A stretch of 64,000 bases of DNA from Ruditapes philippinarum (lineage: Eukaryota). Positions 1 to 12,725 of the stretch are shown here, piece by piece. Below the pieces are notes generated by a model. That model saw only the letters and a program-made list of their open reading frames with translations, ran no database searches and was not told the DNA's origin. Each line of letters starts with the position of its first letter. Position 1 is the stretch's first letter. The translations under genes and the position numbers were made by a program. The stretch lies in the NCBI RefSeq assembly GCF_026571515.1, contig NW_026867139.1, forward strand, positions 62,001 through 126,000. The letters are read 5' to 3'.

Positions 1-1559
1 TATTGTCATTATTTCTTATAGGACTGGGCACTATGTTCAAGTTCAAAATAAAGTTTCTGTTCCTTAAATATAGATTTAAAGTTTTGGTACTTAGTTTTCA
101 CATAATGACATTGTTTATCTTAATGTATGTTAAACATAGATTAATCAGGATAGTATGATTGTCCTTCACAGTTTAATTTTTGATTGTTTTCACTATTTTG
201 GCACACTAAGACATCATTATGATGTTTTTCTAGATGAATTGATTAGAAAAATGCTTAAATTACATTACTGTTGTCAAAGATCATGTAATCATGTAAGTCA
301 CATAGATATATAACATTTTCCTCATCTTTATGTATGTTCTGTTTATAAATGGAAAGGCACATTACCCACCTACTTTTCATAATTTTATCTTTTGTGATTG
401 AAGTTTAACTATGGTATCGTCGGGTGCCCTTAATTCGTCCCTGTCCTAGAGTCAACACCCTTGCTGTGTATGTTAGAAAGTCTTAACAAATGTCTGTTAA
501 TGTATATTTTTATACATCAAAGTAAGTTTAAATGTATCTGCAAAATTTCTTTATCATAGAACGATTGGATCATAATGTATTATTGTGTATCAAACTGGCA
601 CTGTAAAATGCTTAGGGTAATGAATCATGGTCACCCGAGGGATATATGTTTTTTATGAATAATGTTGTATTTTAGAATTCGACATTTTATTTATCGTTAT
701 GAAATTAAAATGTTGTCAATAACATGAAGCATGTAGAGAGAATGAATGCGAATGTCATTTTATGTTGATGTTGTATTGTTCTCAATGGACATATTATGGC
801 AATCTAAAATAATGAAATACTTAAGAATAAATTTGTGGGTTTTGAAAGTTTGTGAACTTTTGCAATAACGTGAAGATCTTCACTCAGCATCTCAGAAATT
901 CACGACTATGACATTTTGTACTTCTTGTATTCACATTGCTTTCATCCCCATATTGTCTAGCTTGCATTTATTAATTGTGAACAAGCTATTATGAAAAAAA
1001 TCTTATGATGTAATCTTTTGTAAATTTATGATAATTATTACTGTTCATGTATTAACCTTTGTGTAATTGTATTATATATCCGGAATGTAAATTCAGTTCG
1101 TTCTAGTAATCGGACGTTCCGTCCTGTCCTGTTCTATAATTACTGGCAACGTTATCGCCACCATGATTATAATCATAATAATACCAAATTACAAAATAAT
1201 TATAGAACAAAACAGAACTATTATTTGTTTAGCTTTACCATTTACAGTTCATCGTTACATGTATACATATATGTCTGTCTCATTTCTTTAATCAATGACA
1301 ATGCTAGCGTAAATGGAGTATAACATACATAAAAATTATCATCTTACATTTATGTGTAGATATATAAGAATTATGAAACTTTGTTGTAGATTAATAATAA
1401 AATGCACTAAAATAAAACAGTAATGACTAAATTAAGATAGATTGAAATGTGCTTTGATATATACTGTTTTTCGGTTTATTCTATTGATACAAATAAGATA
1501 TCAATTGTTTAAAAAAACTGTTTGATAGAGTGAAATACACCGGTTGAAAACTGTCTTAT

Positions 1560-3265
1560 TTTAGATTTTTATCAAATGTGAAAAACAGCGCTATAATATG
1601 AAATTATTTTTATAATTTACCAAAATAAAACTTAAGATTTCTATTAAATTAATTCGAATATCAGCATATTCTTTTAAAATGTTTTGTCACGATGGGTTTC
1701 TATGTCCATGTTTCTAATGAATAAAGAAAAGAACAATTATATAAAGAAAATGTATTGCTTTACCTGGCAAAATATATAAATGGAGTCAATACGTAACAGA
1801 AACTCTAGTATTGATTTATTTTTAGTTTTGTTCTGTTCAAAATAATATTTCTTTTGACAATATATAAAGCATGTTTTGTTTTTTTACTATCTGTTATGTA
1901 TGTATAATTACATACAAAGTTGTATATTGGCAACAACATTATAATACTTGTATTGTTTTGAAGTGACAAATAGTGGCTTATAAATGTACTCTGCCGTGTT
2001 ATATTCTAGTTATAGTATTGAAAATGTATTGAATTTATCATTGTACAAGTTTGACATTGTGTATGATTATTTTAAAAGGTAAAGTAAATTATACTGTAAT
2101 GTTATGTTCTTGTATAATTTTAGATTTTTTTTATCAAATGTGGGTAACAACGCTATAGTGTGTGAAATTATTCATATAATTTACCAAACAAAACTTAAGT
2201 GTTTTACAAGAATGCGGATATCAGGACATTCTTTTAAAATGCTTTGTCACAATAGGTTTCTGTGTACAATGTCATGTTTCTTAGAAATAAACAAAAAGAG
2301 ACATATATGTATTGAAGAACAATTCTCTAAAAAGAATGTACTGCCTTATCTAGCAAAATATATAAATGGAGTCAGTTTGTAACAGAAACTCTATTGCTGA
2401 TTTATTTTTAGTTTTCGTCTGTTGAAAAATAATACATATAATTCTTTAAAAAATATATATGACATAGATTTTATTCCAACTATCTGTTATGTATGTATAA
2501 TTACATACAAAGTTGTATGTCCGCAACAACATTATAATACTTGTACGTATTGTTTTGTAGTGACAGGTTGTGGCTTATAAATTTACTAAGCATGTTATAT
2601 TTTAGTTAAAGTATTGAAAATGTATTGAATTTATCATTGTACAAGTTTGACATTGTGTATGATTATTTTAAAAGATTTTGTTCTGTTCCTGTCTAGTTTT
2701 AGATTTTGTTTTATCAAAATGTGGATAACAATGCTGTCATATAAAATTATTCATATAATTTACCAAACAAAACTTTAGATTTTATTACAAGAATTACAAG
2801 TATTGGCACATTCTTTCAAAAGGTTTTGTCACAATAGATTTCTATGTACCTGTTGATAAAGAAAAAAAATGATTTTCAAGAACAATTCTATAAAAAGAAT
2901 GCATTGCTTTACCTAGCAAAATATATAAAATGGAGTCATTACGTAACAGAAACTGTATTGTTGATATATTTTTAGTTTTCTTCTGTTCAAAATAATACAT
3001 ATATTTCTTTAAACAATATATGAGATTTTATTTTGACTTTATGTTATGTATGTATAATTACATACAAAGTTGTATATTCGCAACAACATTATAATACTTT
3101 TATTGTTTTATTTTTTTGAAGTGACAGATGATGGCTTATATATTACTATACCATGTTACATTCTAGTTAATGTATTGAAAATGTGTGGAATTGATCATTG
3201 TACAAGTTTATCATTGTGTATAATTATTTCAAAAGTTAAAGTAAATTATACTCTGTTTTGTTATG
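1560..3265. repeat. Three diverged tandem copies of a ~570-bp AT-rich unit
   Basis: Unit start 'agattt..tatcaaatgtg' recurs at ~1562, ~2122 and ~2701. Shared internal anchors include 'gcaaaatatataaatggagtca', 'tatgtatgtataattacatacaaagttgtat' and 'tcattgtacaagttt'. Confidence 0.85.
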
Positions 3266-3829
3266 CAACTTAAAATTGCCGCTGTTGACTCAAAAAAGAG
3301 CACGGTGACCTAAATTTAATTGGTTAAGTATGTGTTTCTTACTATATAACTAAGACCATGCAAAGTTTGTATGAGTTATCATTATACAGTTTTCGTATAG
3401 CCTATATTTTATATAGAAACTAAAGCCTATACATCTTTAACAATTATCACAAACTGATTTCCTCTTACTTTTCGCTATGTTTTGCTGGAACAATAAAATA
3501 CAATAAAATACAAATGTGTTCGTTATATATATTATTTATTCAAATATCTCTTAAACCGCTAAACTTTCCATCTATTCCATGACAAAGGAAAATGCTTGAT
3601 TTCTAATAGCAATTCAAAAACTAAAATTTGTTTATTTCACTTTTTAAGGTTCAGTCTTTGTATTGCTTCTCAGTAACATGGAAAAGTCAAATGTAAGATA
3701 TTTTTAAAGTTGGGATTGTGCCATCCACTTTATACCAAATGTATTTACGAGTAACTTTGCACGAGACTACTAGTATATGCTCTCAAATCTATCATCTGAC
3801 ATATCATCTGACATAATGCATATAATATA

Positions 3830-4142
3830 ATTGTATGATAGTTTGGGGACCTTTCTGTTGAAAAAGTGTCAAGAGGTAAAACGAATGCACATACACGCAC
3901 TGTGCGTAATAAGTTACCCGCACTCCATTGCATTCTCATTGATTGGCTCATTTTTTCCGGGGTTCTCATATTCAGATGCTCGTTCAATGGTTACTTTTTT
4001 CTGGGGCTTCATATTGTGACAACAGGGAATGTGTTTTTATTTTTGCCTATGATAGAAAAGAGAAAGAACATCACAACACTCGGAAATCTGATTTATACTC
4101 AAGGGTTACGCGTTGTGGTTCAATGCTCTGTCTATTACTTAT
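3830..4142. repeat. Dispersed repeat, same family as 58600-59350
   Basis: 'atagtttggggacctttctgttgaaaa', 'attgattggctcatttt', 'catattgtgacaacagggaatgtgtttt' and 'ctattacttatt' are shared with the 58.6-59.35 kb copies. Confidence 0.75.
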
Positions 4143-4589
4143 TCACATATAATATCGTTTTTACGATGCCTTTCTTTGAGCCCATCATACATAGAATGAT
4201 TAGGAAACGATTTGGAAAAGAGTTTCATTTTCCAGTGTAAAGGTTTCCATGAAGAGAGTAATTGCGGTATGAAAATTTCTCGTCAATATTCATGCACCTG
4301 TTTTGTTCAATCATTAAGTTACTCGATAATCGTTAATTTGCTAGTAAACGTTCATGAATGAGACAATCAGGAGTCTGTGTTTAATGCAATTTTTATGTAG
4401 TCTGTTTTACATAACCTTGGAAAATGAATTTATGTCTCCACAGTTTCTGAAACAGTCGCATCCTAATCTGCGAAATTGAATTGAGTTGGTCCATAATGAA
4501 AGGTGTGTGATACCATACATAATAAAGGCACGCGTGGCATGACTGCCTCTTGGGGTTGGAGATTTAATTTTGCTCTTTCTGTATATAAA

Positions 4590-5200
4590 GTCATCGATTT
4601 TTGGTAAAAAACACAGCCGTCATCAAACCATTAGTCTGATTCCTTCGCATATTTGCCATAGCATCAGTTTGGAAGTTCGTTTTTTTGAGGCTTGTTTTTT
4701 TACGACAATATAAAGCACAAAGCTCTAGCCCAAGACCGATGGCCGCTAGAGGGTCGGATGACATGGCCAGATGTTTTGATTGGCGTTTTGTTCTTTTTGT
4801 GTATAAAGTCTTTGAATTTCCGTAACTAAACACCAATATCTAGAGTCCGTCGTTTTTAAACCATTTGTCGGATTTCGTTGCTGCATTGACAATACTTTGG
4901 AGGTTCGTTTTTCAACAATATAAGACACATAGCTCTAACACAATTACAATGGCGGCTGGAGGTCCGCATGACATGGCAATGTTTAGATCGGCGATTTTTT
5001 CTTTTTGTTTAAGTTAACGCATTTTTGTAAAGAGTACCATTTTCTAAAGCCTACCGTCATAAAACGATTTGTCTGATTAGCGATAACAATAGCTGTGGGG
5101 TTCGTCTTAATGATAGTATAAGACATAAAGCTTTAGCCCGTGGGCATTGTCCGCTAGAGGCCCGCATTTCATGGTCGAAGTTTGGAACGGCGATTCGTGT
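4590..5200. repeat. About three diverged ~200-bp tandem units
   Basis: The motif 'agct(c/t)ta..c...g(c/t)cgct(a/g)gagg..cg.at..catgg' recurs at ~4720, ~4930 and ~5130. Confidence 0.65.
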
Positions 5201-5866
5201 CTTCATGTTTCATTTGAAAACGTTTTTGAATGTGTAATATTGTGAAGGTATCAAAAGGAAGCAATTTACACAATATCAGTGGCACTTCAAAACCACGTAA
5301 ATTACCAAAAAGAGGTCAAAATATGCAGAAATTGCCTTTACTGCGTTAGTAACGCAGTAGAAATATAGTTATAAATACTGAAAAATCAGTCATTAATCGC
5401 ACTAAGTATGTAAAATATTACTTGAATCTTGAAACTTTTTTACTTTTCCTTACATCTTAGTACATTTTTTCTCAAGTTTGATTTTATTGAAATATTTTGA
5501 CTCACCTGGAGGCATGTAGCTTTAAATTCATTTCATTCTCGCTCTCATCTTAAAATTGTTTATGTGTGGTTGTTAAAAAGTCTATAAAGAAGCAGGTGTA
5601 TTTCGTCAAAATTGGGATATATCACCTTAAATTTGCACATAAAACGACTTAACTGTTGGCACTTGTATATGGTAGGGTATATACATTATATGAAATTAAT
5701 ATACGCGATATGTATGTCCAGGTACGCGAATCATGTACCTGATTGTTTTCTCATTTTTTTTCTCTCAATGCATTACACAAACTGTGTTGTTCATTTTCAT
5801 TAACTTATTAGATTCACGTACATATGTGTAATATTTAGTGCGGTATTATTTTTTTGCATTGTATCT

Positions 5867-8800
5867 TTATGGCACGGATGAAAAGAAGTCGCGTTCATTC
5901 TCCATACTTCGCTTGAAGACGGTTAGCGCCATCTTGCGGTTTATTCTGCCATGTTTTTCCTCTTCATTGATCAACGTCTCAAGATCAATGTACCCGGTGT
6001 AAGTTGGGTCCAGATTCTCTTCGACCCATTGTGTGTACACTCCGAAATCGTTCTGCAATAAAAGTGATGGCGTTAAATAATGTCTAGGGGTTTTGTCAAC
6101 AGAACTGGTATCATGTGAATCACTTAAATACTTTGTAAATGGTATCAATTTTGGAATAGTTTATAATAACTTAGTGTTGAAAGCTATAGGTTTATTGAAA
6201 GACACTCGAATCCGTTTCTGGAACCAACTAGTACTAAGCAATGAGTGTAAAGTTTCTTTCTCGTGGAATCTAGCTTGCCAGAAATCCCACACGGCCTGCA
6301 AACTTTAATTAGATTACTAGTCCGGCGTGATAACCATTCGGCCACGTTGCCACTCATTTCCGGTTAATACATTTAATAAGATATGGTAGCTATGTCGCAT
6401 TAAGCATAGAGATTGATTTAAAAAAGTATTACAGTTATTACCATAAAATTAAAATTTACAAGATTTTAAGATGAATACATTGATGATGAATTGGTTACCA
6501 GTCGGATGTTTTGATGTAAAATTTGAATTTTGTGTTATTTGTCAGCTTACTTTAATCAAATTATAACCGCTTATTTAAAAAAACACCTTATGAAGGGCTG
6601 GCTTAAAACGTGTGTCTGTTTGCTTTAATTAAATTCGTACATTGAATAGATAAGTTGGTCTGGGTCATAGCTTGCTGTCTATTTACCAGTTTTGTTTTAA
6701 ACTCGTTGCCAAGGGCTAATGGGTAACGACCATGTTTCCCCCCATTTCATACCAGTATTGATAAGAACCTGCTAACATTAGGACGGTGAGTTGATGGCAG
6801 TTTTTCTGGGCTAAGAGCTTAAAGACGCATGTAACAATGTAACAATCTACTTGCCTGTTTTGCTGTAAGTTGTTTACCGAGCCACGGCCAGAGTTTGTAG
6901 CAAGGTAGCATAGCAGTGACGAAGTAAACTGCATCATAGTTGATGGCCATGTCATATAAATGATCAAGGTAATTTGAACAAGCTTTTCCGAGATGGATGC
7001 CACTTGTATACTTGATTGACCAAGCTTCTAACATGTGTTCGCTTAATCTAAGATACACCAGAAAATAAATAAAAAAATTCATATCATTTTATAACACTGA
7101 TTTAAAGCGAATGGTGGCCCTCGGTGTGGTGTGTTTGCCTCTCAACATGGGGACCACTGGTTTGGGACCATATTTCCGTATACTAAGTAATACATTCAGT
7201 ATTATTTAATTCCAAAAAAGCAAACTTGATAGTGATTAAAAAAGCTGCACTATTTCTTTTTACAATCGAGTTTAAATCAAATTATGTTTAAACTAATGAA
7301 CTATTATTTAAATAGTAAAACTTTTAGAGTGAAATCTTATAATAGTTATATGGAAGGTAAGGAAAGATAACTACCCTTTGTAAGATTCAGACATCTTCTG
7401 AAGCAGTTGTCTAACTTTACTATCTTTTGATTTTTGTAGAGCTAGTCCAATAAGTCTATACGTATTGTAGATGTACACAGAATCTTGAACTACTGTCCTA
7501 GGATGATAACTTGAGCCTTTGTTTACATAACAAAGACCAATAACAATGCGAAAAATAGGTTAGGCAGATCAATGCCACAATCTATAAAAATGAAAATAAA
7601 ACTACATGTTATCATATGTCTTGTTAGCGCAGCAGGTAGAGCAACCGTGTCAGTAATGAGTTTATCCGTACAGACAGAAGTTCGACTACTGGTACATTTT
7701 TTTTACCTCAGAACAGTCAATTGTTTGACCGGTTTTATGCATACATGAATATGAGATCGAATATTTCATTTCACTGTGATCAAAAAATACAAAAAGAAAA
7801 AAGAATAGAAATAAAAAATAAATATATACTATAAAATATATATCATAAGAAGAAAACAAAAAGGAAAACGAAAATAAATGAATAATTATAATGATAAAAA
7901 AAACAGAGCAAGAAGAAAAACCTGTGGTTATAAAATGGCACTACTTGGGGTTCGAACCTATGAGAACAAAACTCTAAAAGTTACAAATAATTTCGATCTA
8001 CCGACAGAACCATAACGGTAATACGCAAACGATACTGTAAGAATAATGCTATATAGTATTTGTAAGTGTTTACTTTTACGATATCGGATAATAATCCAGA
8101 TAACCCCGTTTTTGGACTTTCCCATGTACCGTTAAGACCAAATTATCATCCTAGGACAGTACATATGAACCTTTAAGTATTGAAAATAATCGATTATTTT
8201 GATAAAAAAAAATAATCCGTTAAATAAACACACTATACAATTATTGACTAGTGTGACATTGAATATGATGTGATATTCACAGGCAGATGGTAGATAAGTT
8301 GACCGAGGCGATTAAAAATTAATGAACGTGAATACATAATAAGCGCATTATTCACAAATTAAAATCGATCTTTAGGTAAACGTTGCTTAAAGAAGCATGC
8401 TAACAGATTTATGGTAATGTTCATCAATCTTTTGGAAATGTATTAAAATTTCGTTTATACTTTTCGAATGCTCTCGTCATTTCACAAATATTGTTTCTTA
8501 AAATTATTTGGCTCATTTGGAGGCATGTAGCTTTGACAATTTGAAAGGAGAGCCACATTTTGTTCAACATATTAAAATAATTAAATCACTTAAAAACGCA
8601 AAAAACACCGAGAAAATAATCTGCAAAGAACGCAACTTCAACCGGAAACCAAATCACAACCATATGAATGACAGTTACATCTAGTTCACTATATGCTATT
8701 ACAAGTTATTTGAAATATAACGTTTCTAGGTCTAGACATTTGAGTTATTGTGTTTTTAAAACTATTTTTTCAGCCAAATAATTATTGGGAACAAACAGTT

Positions 8801-9690
8801 TAAGGCTAAACTGAATTTACAGTAAATACATGTACTAGTATAATGACAAGAGTATCCGAAAAGTCTTCATTTTTGCAATAAGAAATGACGGTCAAGCTAG
8901 TTGACAGCCTTCATTAAATTTATAGCGTTATTGACGGCGACATGTCTATGTCATTCGTATAGATCAATTTTAGTTTAATACAAAACTTTTGCTTTTGAAA
9001 TCGTTTGTTAATATCCCCAGATGAAACAGTGAAATAGAATGGGGCAGGGGAATGATGGGGATGTAGGGGCGATATTGTACTTTAACATTCTGCCATTTGC
9101 CATCTAAAGTCTCATTTAACTTTTGTTATATCGCTTCAACAAATGAGCCGCGTCATGACAAAACCAACATAATGGGTTTGCGACCAGCATATGGATCCAG
9201 ACCAGCCTGTGCATCCGCGCAGTCTGATCAGGATCCATGCTGTTCGCAACAAGTAGAGAAACTGATAGCGAACAGCATGGATCCTGATCAGACTGCGCGG
9301 ATGCGCAGGCTGGTCTGGATCCATGCTGGTCGCAAACCCATTATGTTGGTTTTGTCGTGACGCGGCTCAAATAATTAGTATTGTCTGTTTTCAAATATTA
9401 AAAATTTATTACATTGCTATGGAAAGGGAAGGTTAGCAGGTTGAAATAAACTAATTAAAGATTATAGATCCTATATGTAACATAAAGAAAATTACTGTAC
9501 CAAAACTAGTAGGATTCAATTTGGTTGATGCCATTCCCCTAATTAGGGATGAGTTTAGTGACGCCTCTTGTTCTTCGATCGTTTCTGACCATAAATACTC
9601 GGACAAAATGGCCCCTTCATGGTCGTCTGCTTTAACCGCCACTAACAAAATGCAGAGTGGTACGACAACTTGCAGAAGAACGAATCTCAT
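5867..9690 (-). CDS. Secreted TenA/THI-4-family (thiaminase-like) protein, 4 coding exons, 231 aa once the MITE in exon 2 is removed; this allele may be disrupted
   Basis: Exons: 9690-9501, [8170-8162 + 7492-7375], 7047-6855, 6052-5867. Intron phases 1,2,0 are all consistent and the total is 696 nt. Protein features: signal-like MRFVLLQVVVPLCILLVAVKA; LSEYLW..SLIRGMASTKLNPTSFGSYVVQDSVYI (TenA F..Y..QD..Y); FVTAMLPCYKLWPWLGKQL (catalytic PC); YTQWV; FKRSMENERDFF (C-terminal E..F). Confidence 0.82.
6200..6353 (-). mobile_element. Degenerate tRNA-derived SINE (Meta-type core)
   Basis: The core 'ggaaccaactagtactaagcaatgagtgtaaagtttct' is shared with copies at 28.8, 44.8 and 48.8 kb; there is a tRNA-like head on the minus strand. 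Confidence 0.65.
7493..8159. mobile_element. 667-bp MITE with TA target-site duplication (Tc1/mariner-like), inserted in coding exon 2 of the TenA-like gene
   Basis: TIRs ctgtcctaggatgataac (7493) and attatcatcctaggacag (8159); TA at 7491-7492 and 8160-8161. Removing the element and one TA restores the reading frame. Confidence 0.9.
9144..9369. mobile_element. Fold-back palindromic MITE (~100-bp arms)
   Basis: tgagccgcgtcatgacaaaacc... matches ...ggttttgtcgtgacgcggctca. Further copies lie at 63241-63477 and, partially, at 60454-60521. Confidence 0.9.
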
Positions 9691-12199
9691 TTTGTTCAAT
9701 CTAAAAATCAACAAAATGAGAGAAGATTTCGTCTTGAGGGGCCTACGACCTGTTACATACTAAAACGTAACCAGCGTTTTTTGAATTTTTGCATATTTGG
9801 CATTCGTTTACCTAAGCAACAAATGCAATCGCATCTTTCCAACTACGGATAAAGAGCTGCATGAAGGCTGAGGTAAGGTTATGATGACAACTCGCCTATC
9901 TGATATCTTGCCCAGTTTGATGCAAGCTTCTCTAGCTCTCACACAAAATACAATGGTCTCAAAACCATCAACATATTTGTTTTCAGTTATTTAATATGCA
10001 CAGAAGTTAAAATTGCACCTAAGAGTTGTTATGTTTCATATAAACATCCCTATTATCACACCCGTTAACATGTACCGAGTAGAACAGCTTAATATGTAGG
10101 AAGAACTTAATTACTATATGAATGTTATTTTAAAACGGATTACTAAGATATGTTCTTTTTTTGTCTCTTTTTTATAGACATAATTTGTCTATGAGTCTAT
10201 GATAAAGTGTGCAGCAATCGATTGCAAGGTAAAGAACTTACCACTGATCTACTTGCAACCGGTTAACGGGTATGTTTATAATCTAAAAGTAAAACGTTGC
10301 AACGGTTTACATTTACAACAGTATAAACATTGCAAATTCTGTACTTACATCTTTTTTGTCAGACAAGACATGTATTAATCATATAGTTCCATATAAGTAT
10401 ACGAGCCTGCGGTATAATTTTATCTTTGATGACATTTTATTTTAAAAAATTGCCCAAAGTACAATTGTGGTGTAGAAGACATTTTGTTGAAACAAGGTCC
10501 TGTCAGAATCTTGTCAAGTTTTTTTTTAAACTTGCACCGTACCGTGTCGGTGAAAAAGGGTGTTCCTTTGTACCATGAACGAAACTTATCTTAATAAGAA
10601 GAAAGTCAATGCCAAAAAATAAACAAATCAAATGTAAATAGAAAATTGAAAGTGAGATTGTTATATAAGCGAGAAAATTTAGATAATCTATACACCGAAT
10701 AGCAAAAAGCAAAAAATATACCCAAGACATTTGTTGTGTCGGTAAAATAACGAAAGGTAACTTATTATAGTGCATGTACCAGGAAGATTAGAAAATATTG
10801 ATCATTTGCTTTATGAGCCGATCGTAGCAATAAGAAGTTACTAAATCTAGTTTAACCTGTTTTGCTATTTACAACATAATTATATAGATTAAGGCAAAGG
10901 AGAAAAAACTTTCAACCAGGCGACGATGCGAATATTTCGCAATCTGCCTGTGCCTGTATGACTAATAAATGGTGGTTTTTGTTTCCTTCGTGACCCTAGA
11001 CAATGAAGTGTGACACATCACAACAATGAAATATTTAAGCTGCACACTAAAAATGCATAACGACTGCAGACATAGCGAAATAGGACATGACAACACAAGA
11101 GAATTCTGTGGCAATGTCACATCGCTTTTGCCTTTGTCGAACAGGAGAGGCTCTGTAGTCCAGTGGTAACGCGTGGACTAGCAATCCAGGGGTTCAAACA
11201 CCCGCTCCTATATTAACAATATTAATGATCTTTTGGATGAAATCAGCACTGGTTATGTAAAAGGACCAGGGTAACCAATGTTAAACCAACAAAAATGCAA
11301 CAGAATTATACATTTTGTATTTATAATCATGTTTTATGCTACATTAAAATTGTTCATATATGTAAAAGCTTATTTTCATAAATATTATCATATATGGCAC
11401 GCTTCGTGTGAACAGATTTCAGACACGTAGACAAGGTGTGCCGTCGATACAGAAAGACGTCTGCGTATCGTCTGCGTATCATCCAACAATTTAGATCCAT
11501 TTATCTGCATTTATTAACATAAATAAATAAACAAATAAGTAAATAAATAAACGCACTATTGATGGAACGAGAGCAAGAGGTGAATGTGTTGTAAATTATT
11601 ATAAACGTATTTGAACTATTCGTTAAGTGAGCTTTGAAAAATAAAATGTACTTAAAAATTCTTACCTATGTTCAAAAGCAACGTCCAGGAGTTTTAACAA
11701 GATACCTTTTAAATGCGCAATTTAAATGTGTCCGTATGTGATGACAAAATATAACATTGCTTGCTAATTCTATATTTGAAAGATCAATAGCGCATATCGT
11801 CCTTGAAGAAACAGTAGCAAATATTTAGTTACAAAGTGCAAATAGCTTTCGCAATGATCAGAGTAATTCACGTTGAACATGTTATGAATATGCACGATAC
11901 TTTCTTTTGGTAAAGAAACACTATTAACATTATTGCTATTTCTTAATTCTCAAAAACTTTCAAGTTGATCAGTTGCAGTTTTCCAAACAGTACTCATATC
12001 CTTGTTTTTGTTACTTATAGTGACTTATAATGATTTTTAATTAATATTTAATATGAAAGAAAAATGCTACTTTGTTTACGGACAAATATGTTCACATTTA
12101 ACTCTTATATCTTCGAGATAAGTATCTCACATGCTCTACATGTATTGTAATATTGTAAAACACAGTTTGTCTTGTCTTTTTAAGAAAACTGAGACATAA

Positions 12200-12725
12200 T
12201 TATATAGAGGATATTGAATGAGTGTAAGTTCAGTAATTTAATATTCTATTTATCACATACCAAAAATAAAGACCGTTTATCATTTTTCATTGACGCACCT
12301 ATAGTGTAACGTTAACATTTAGCGCTTCTTTACGTTGTGTGTATAACGCAAATGACGTCACGTTAAAATATATGCACGTCCGTGAAATACCATTTTGAGG
12401 AGTCGCAAAATCGGCACGGGTATTTGCTAAATAGAGGTTATTAAATGGGTGTAATACTGAATTTATTTAACGAGTTTAATAAAATTATATTATGCGAGCC
12501 TCTTGCGAGCATTATATAATTTTATTCAACTAGTTCAATAAATTCAGTATTGGACTTATACGAATATAATATTCTATTTATCACATACCAAAATAACGAC
12601 CGTTTAAAGTGAACTATAATCATTTTTTTCATTGACGCACATAATGAGGTCACGTCAAAATGTATGCACGGCAGTGCATTACCATTTTACGGAGTCGCAA
12701 AAGCGGCACGAATATGTGATAAATA
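12200..12725. repeat. Repeat element with two direct copies flanking an imperfect hairpin
   Basis: 'atattctatttatcacataccaaaa...ggagtcgcaaaa.cggcacg' occurs at ~12241 and ~12570; an imperfect inverted repeat spans ~12453-12551. Confidence 0.65.

Noticed and set aside
1-1500. Possible LTR or gene tail at the window start; small inverted repeat at ~1125-1218
   Set aside because: No ORF, paired LTR, PBS/PPT or second copy is visible.
2104-4928. Several 60-124 aa ORFs
   Set aside because: They lie in tandem or dispersed repeats and have no recognisable motifs or splice structure.
9097-9360. Overlapping ORFs on both strands
   Set aside because: They are a by-product of the GC-rich palindromic MITE.
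5867-9690. Bacterial contamination as the source of the tenA-like sequence
   Set aside because: It has spliceosomal introns filled with host SINEs and MITEs, and host-like base composition.
11148-11210. tRNA-like sequence
   Set aside because: Only degenerate A/B boxes are present and there is no full cloverleaf; it is probably a SINE head. No true tRNA or rRNA gene was recognised in the window.
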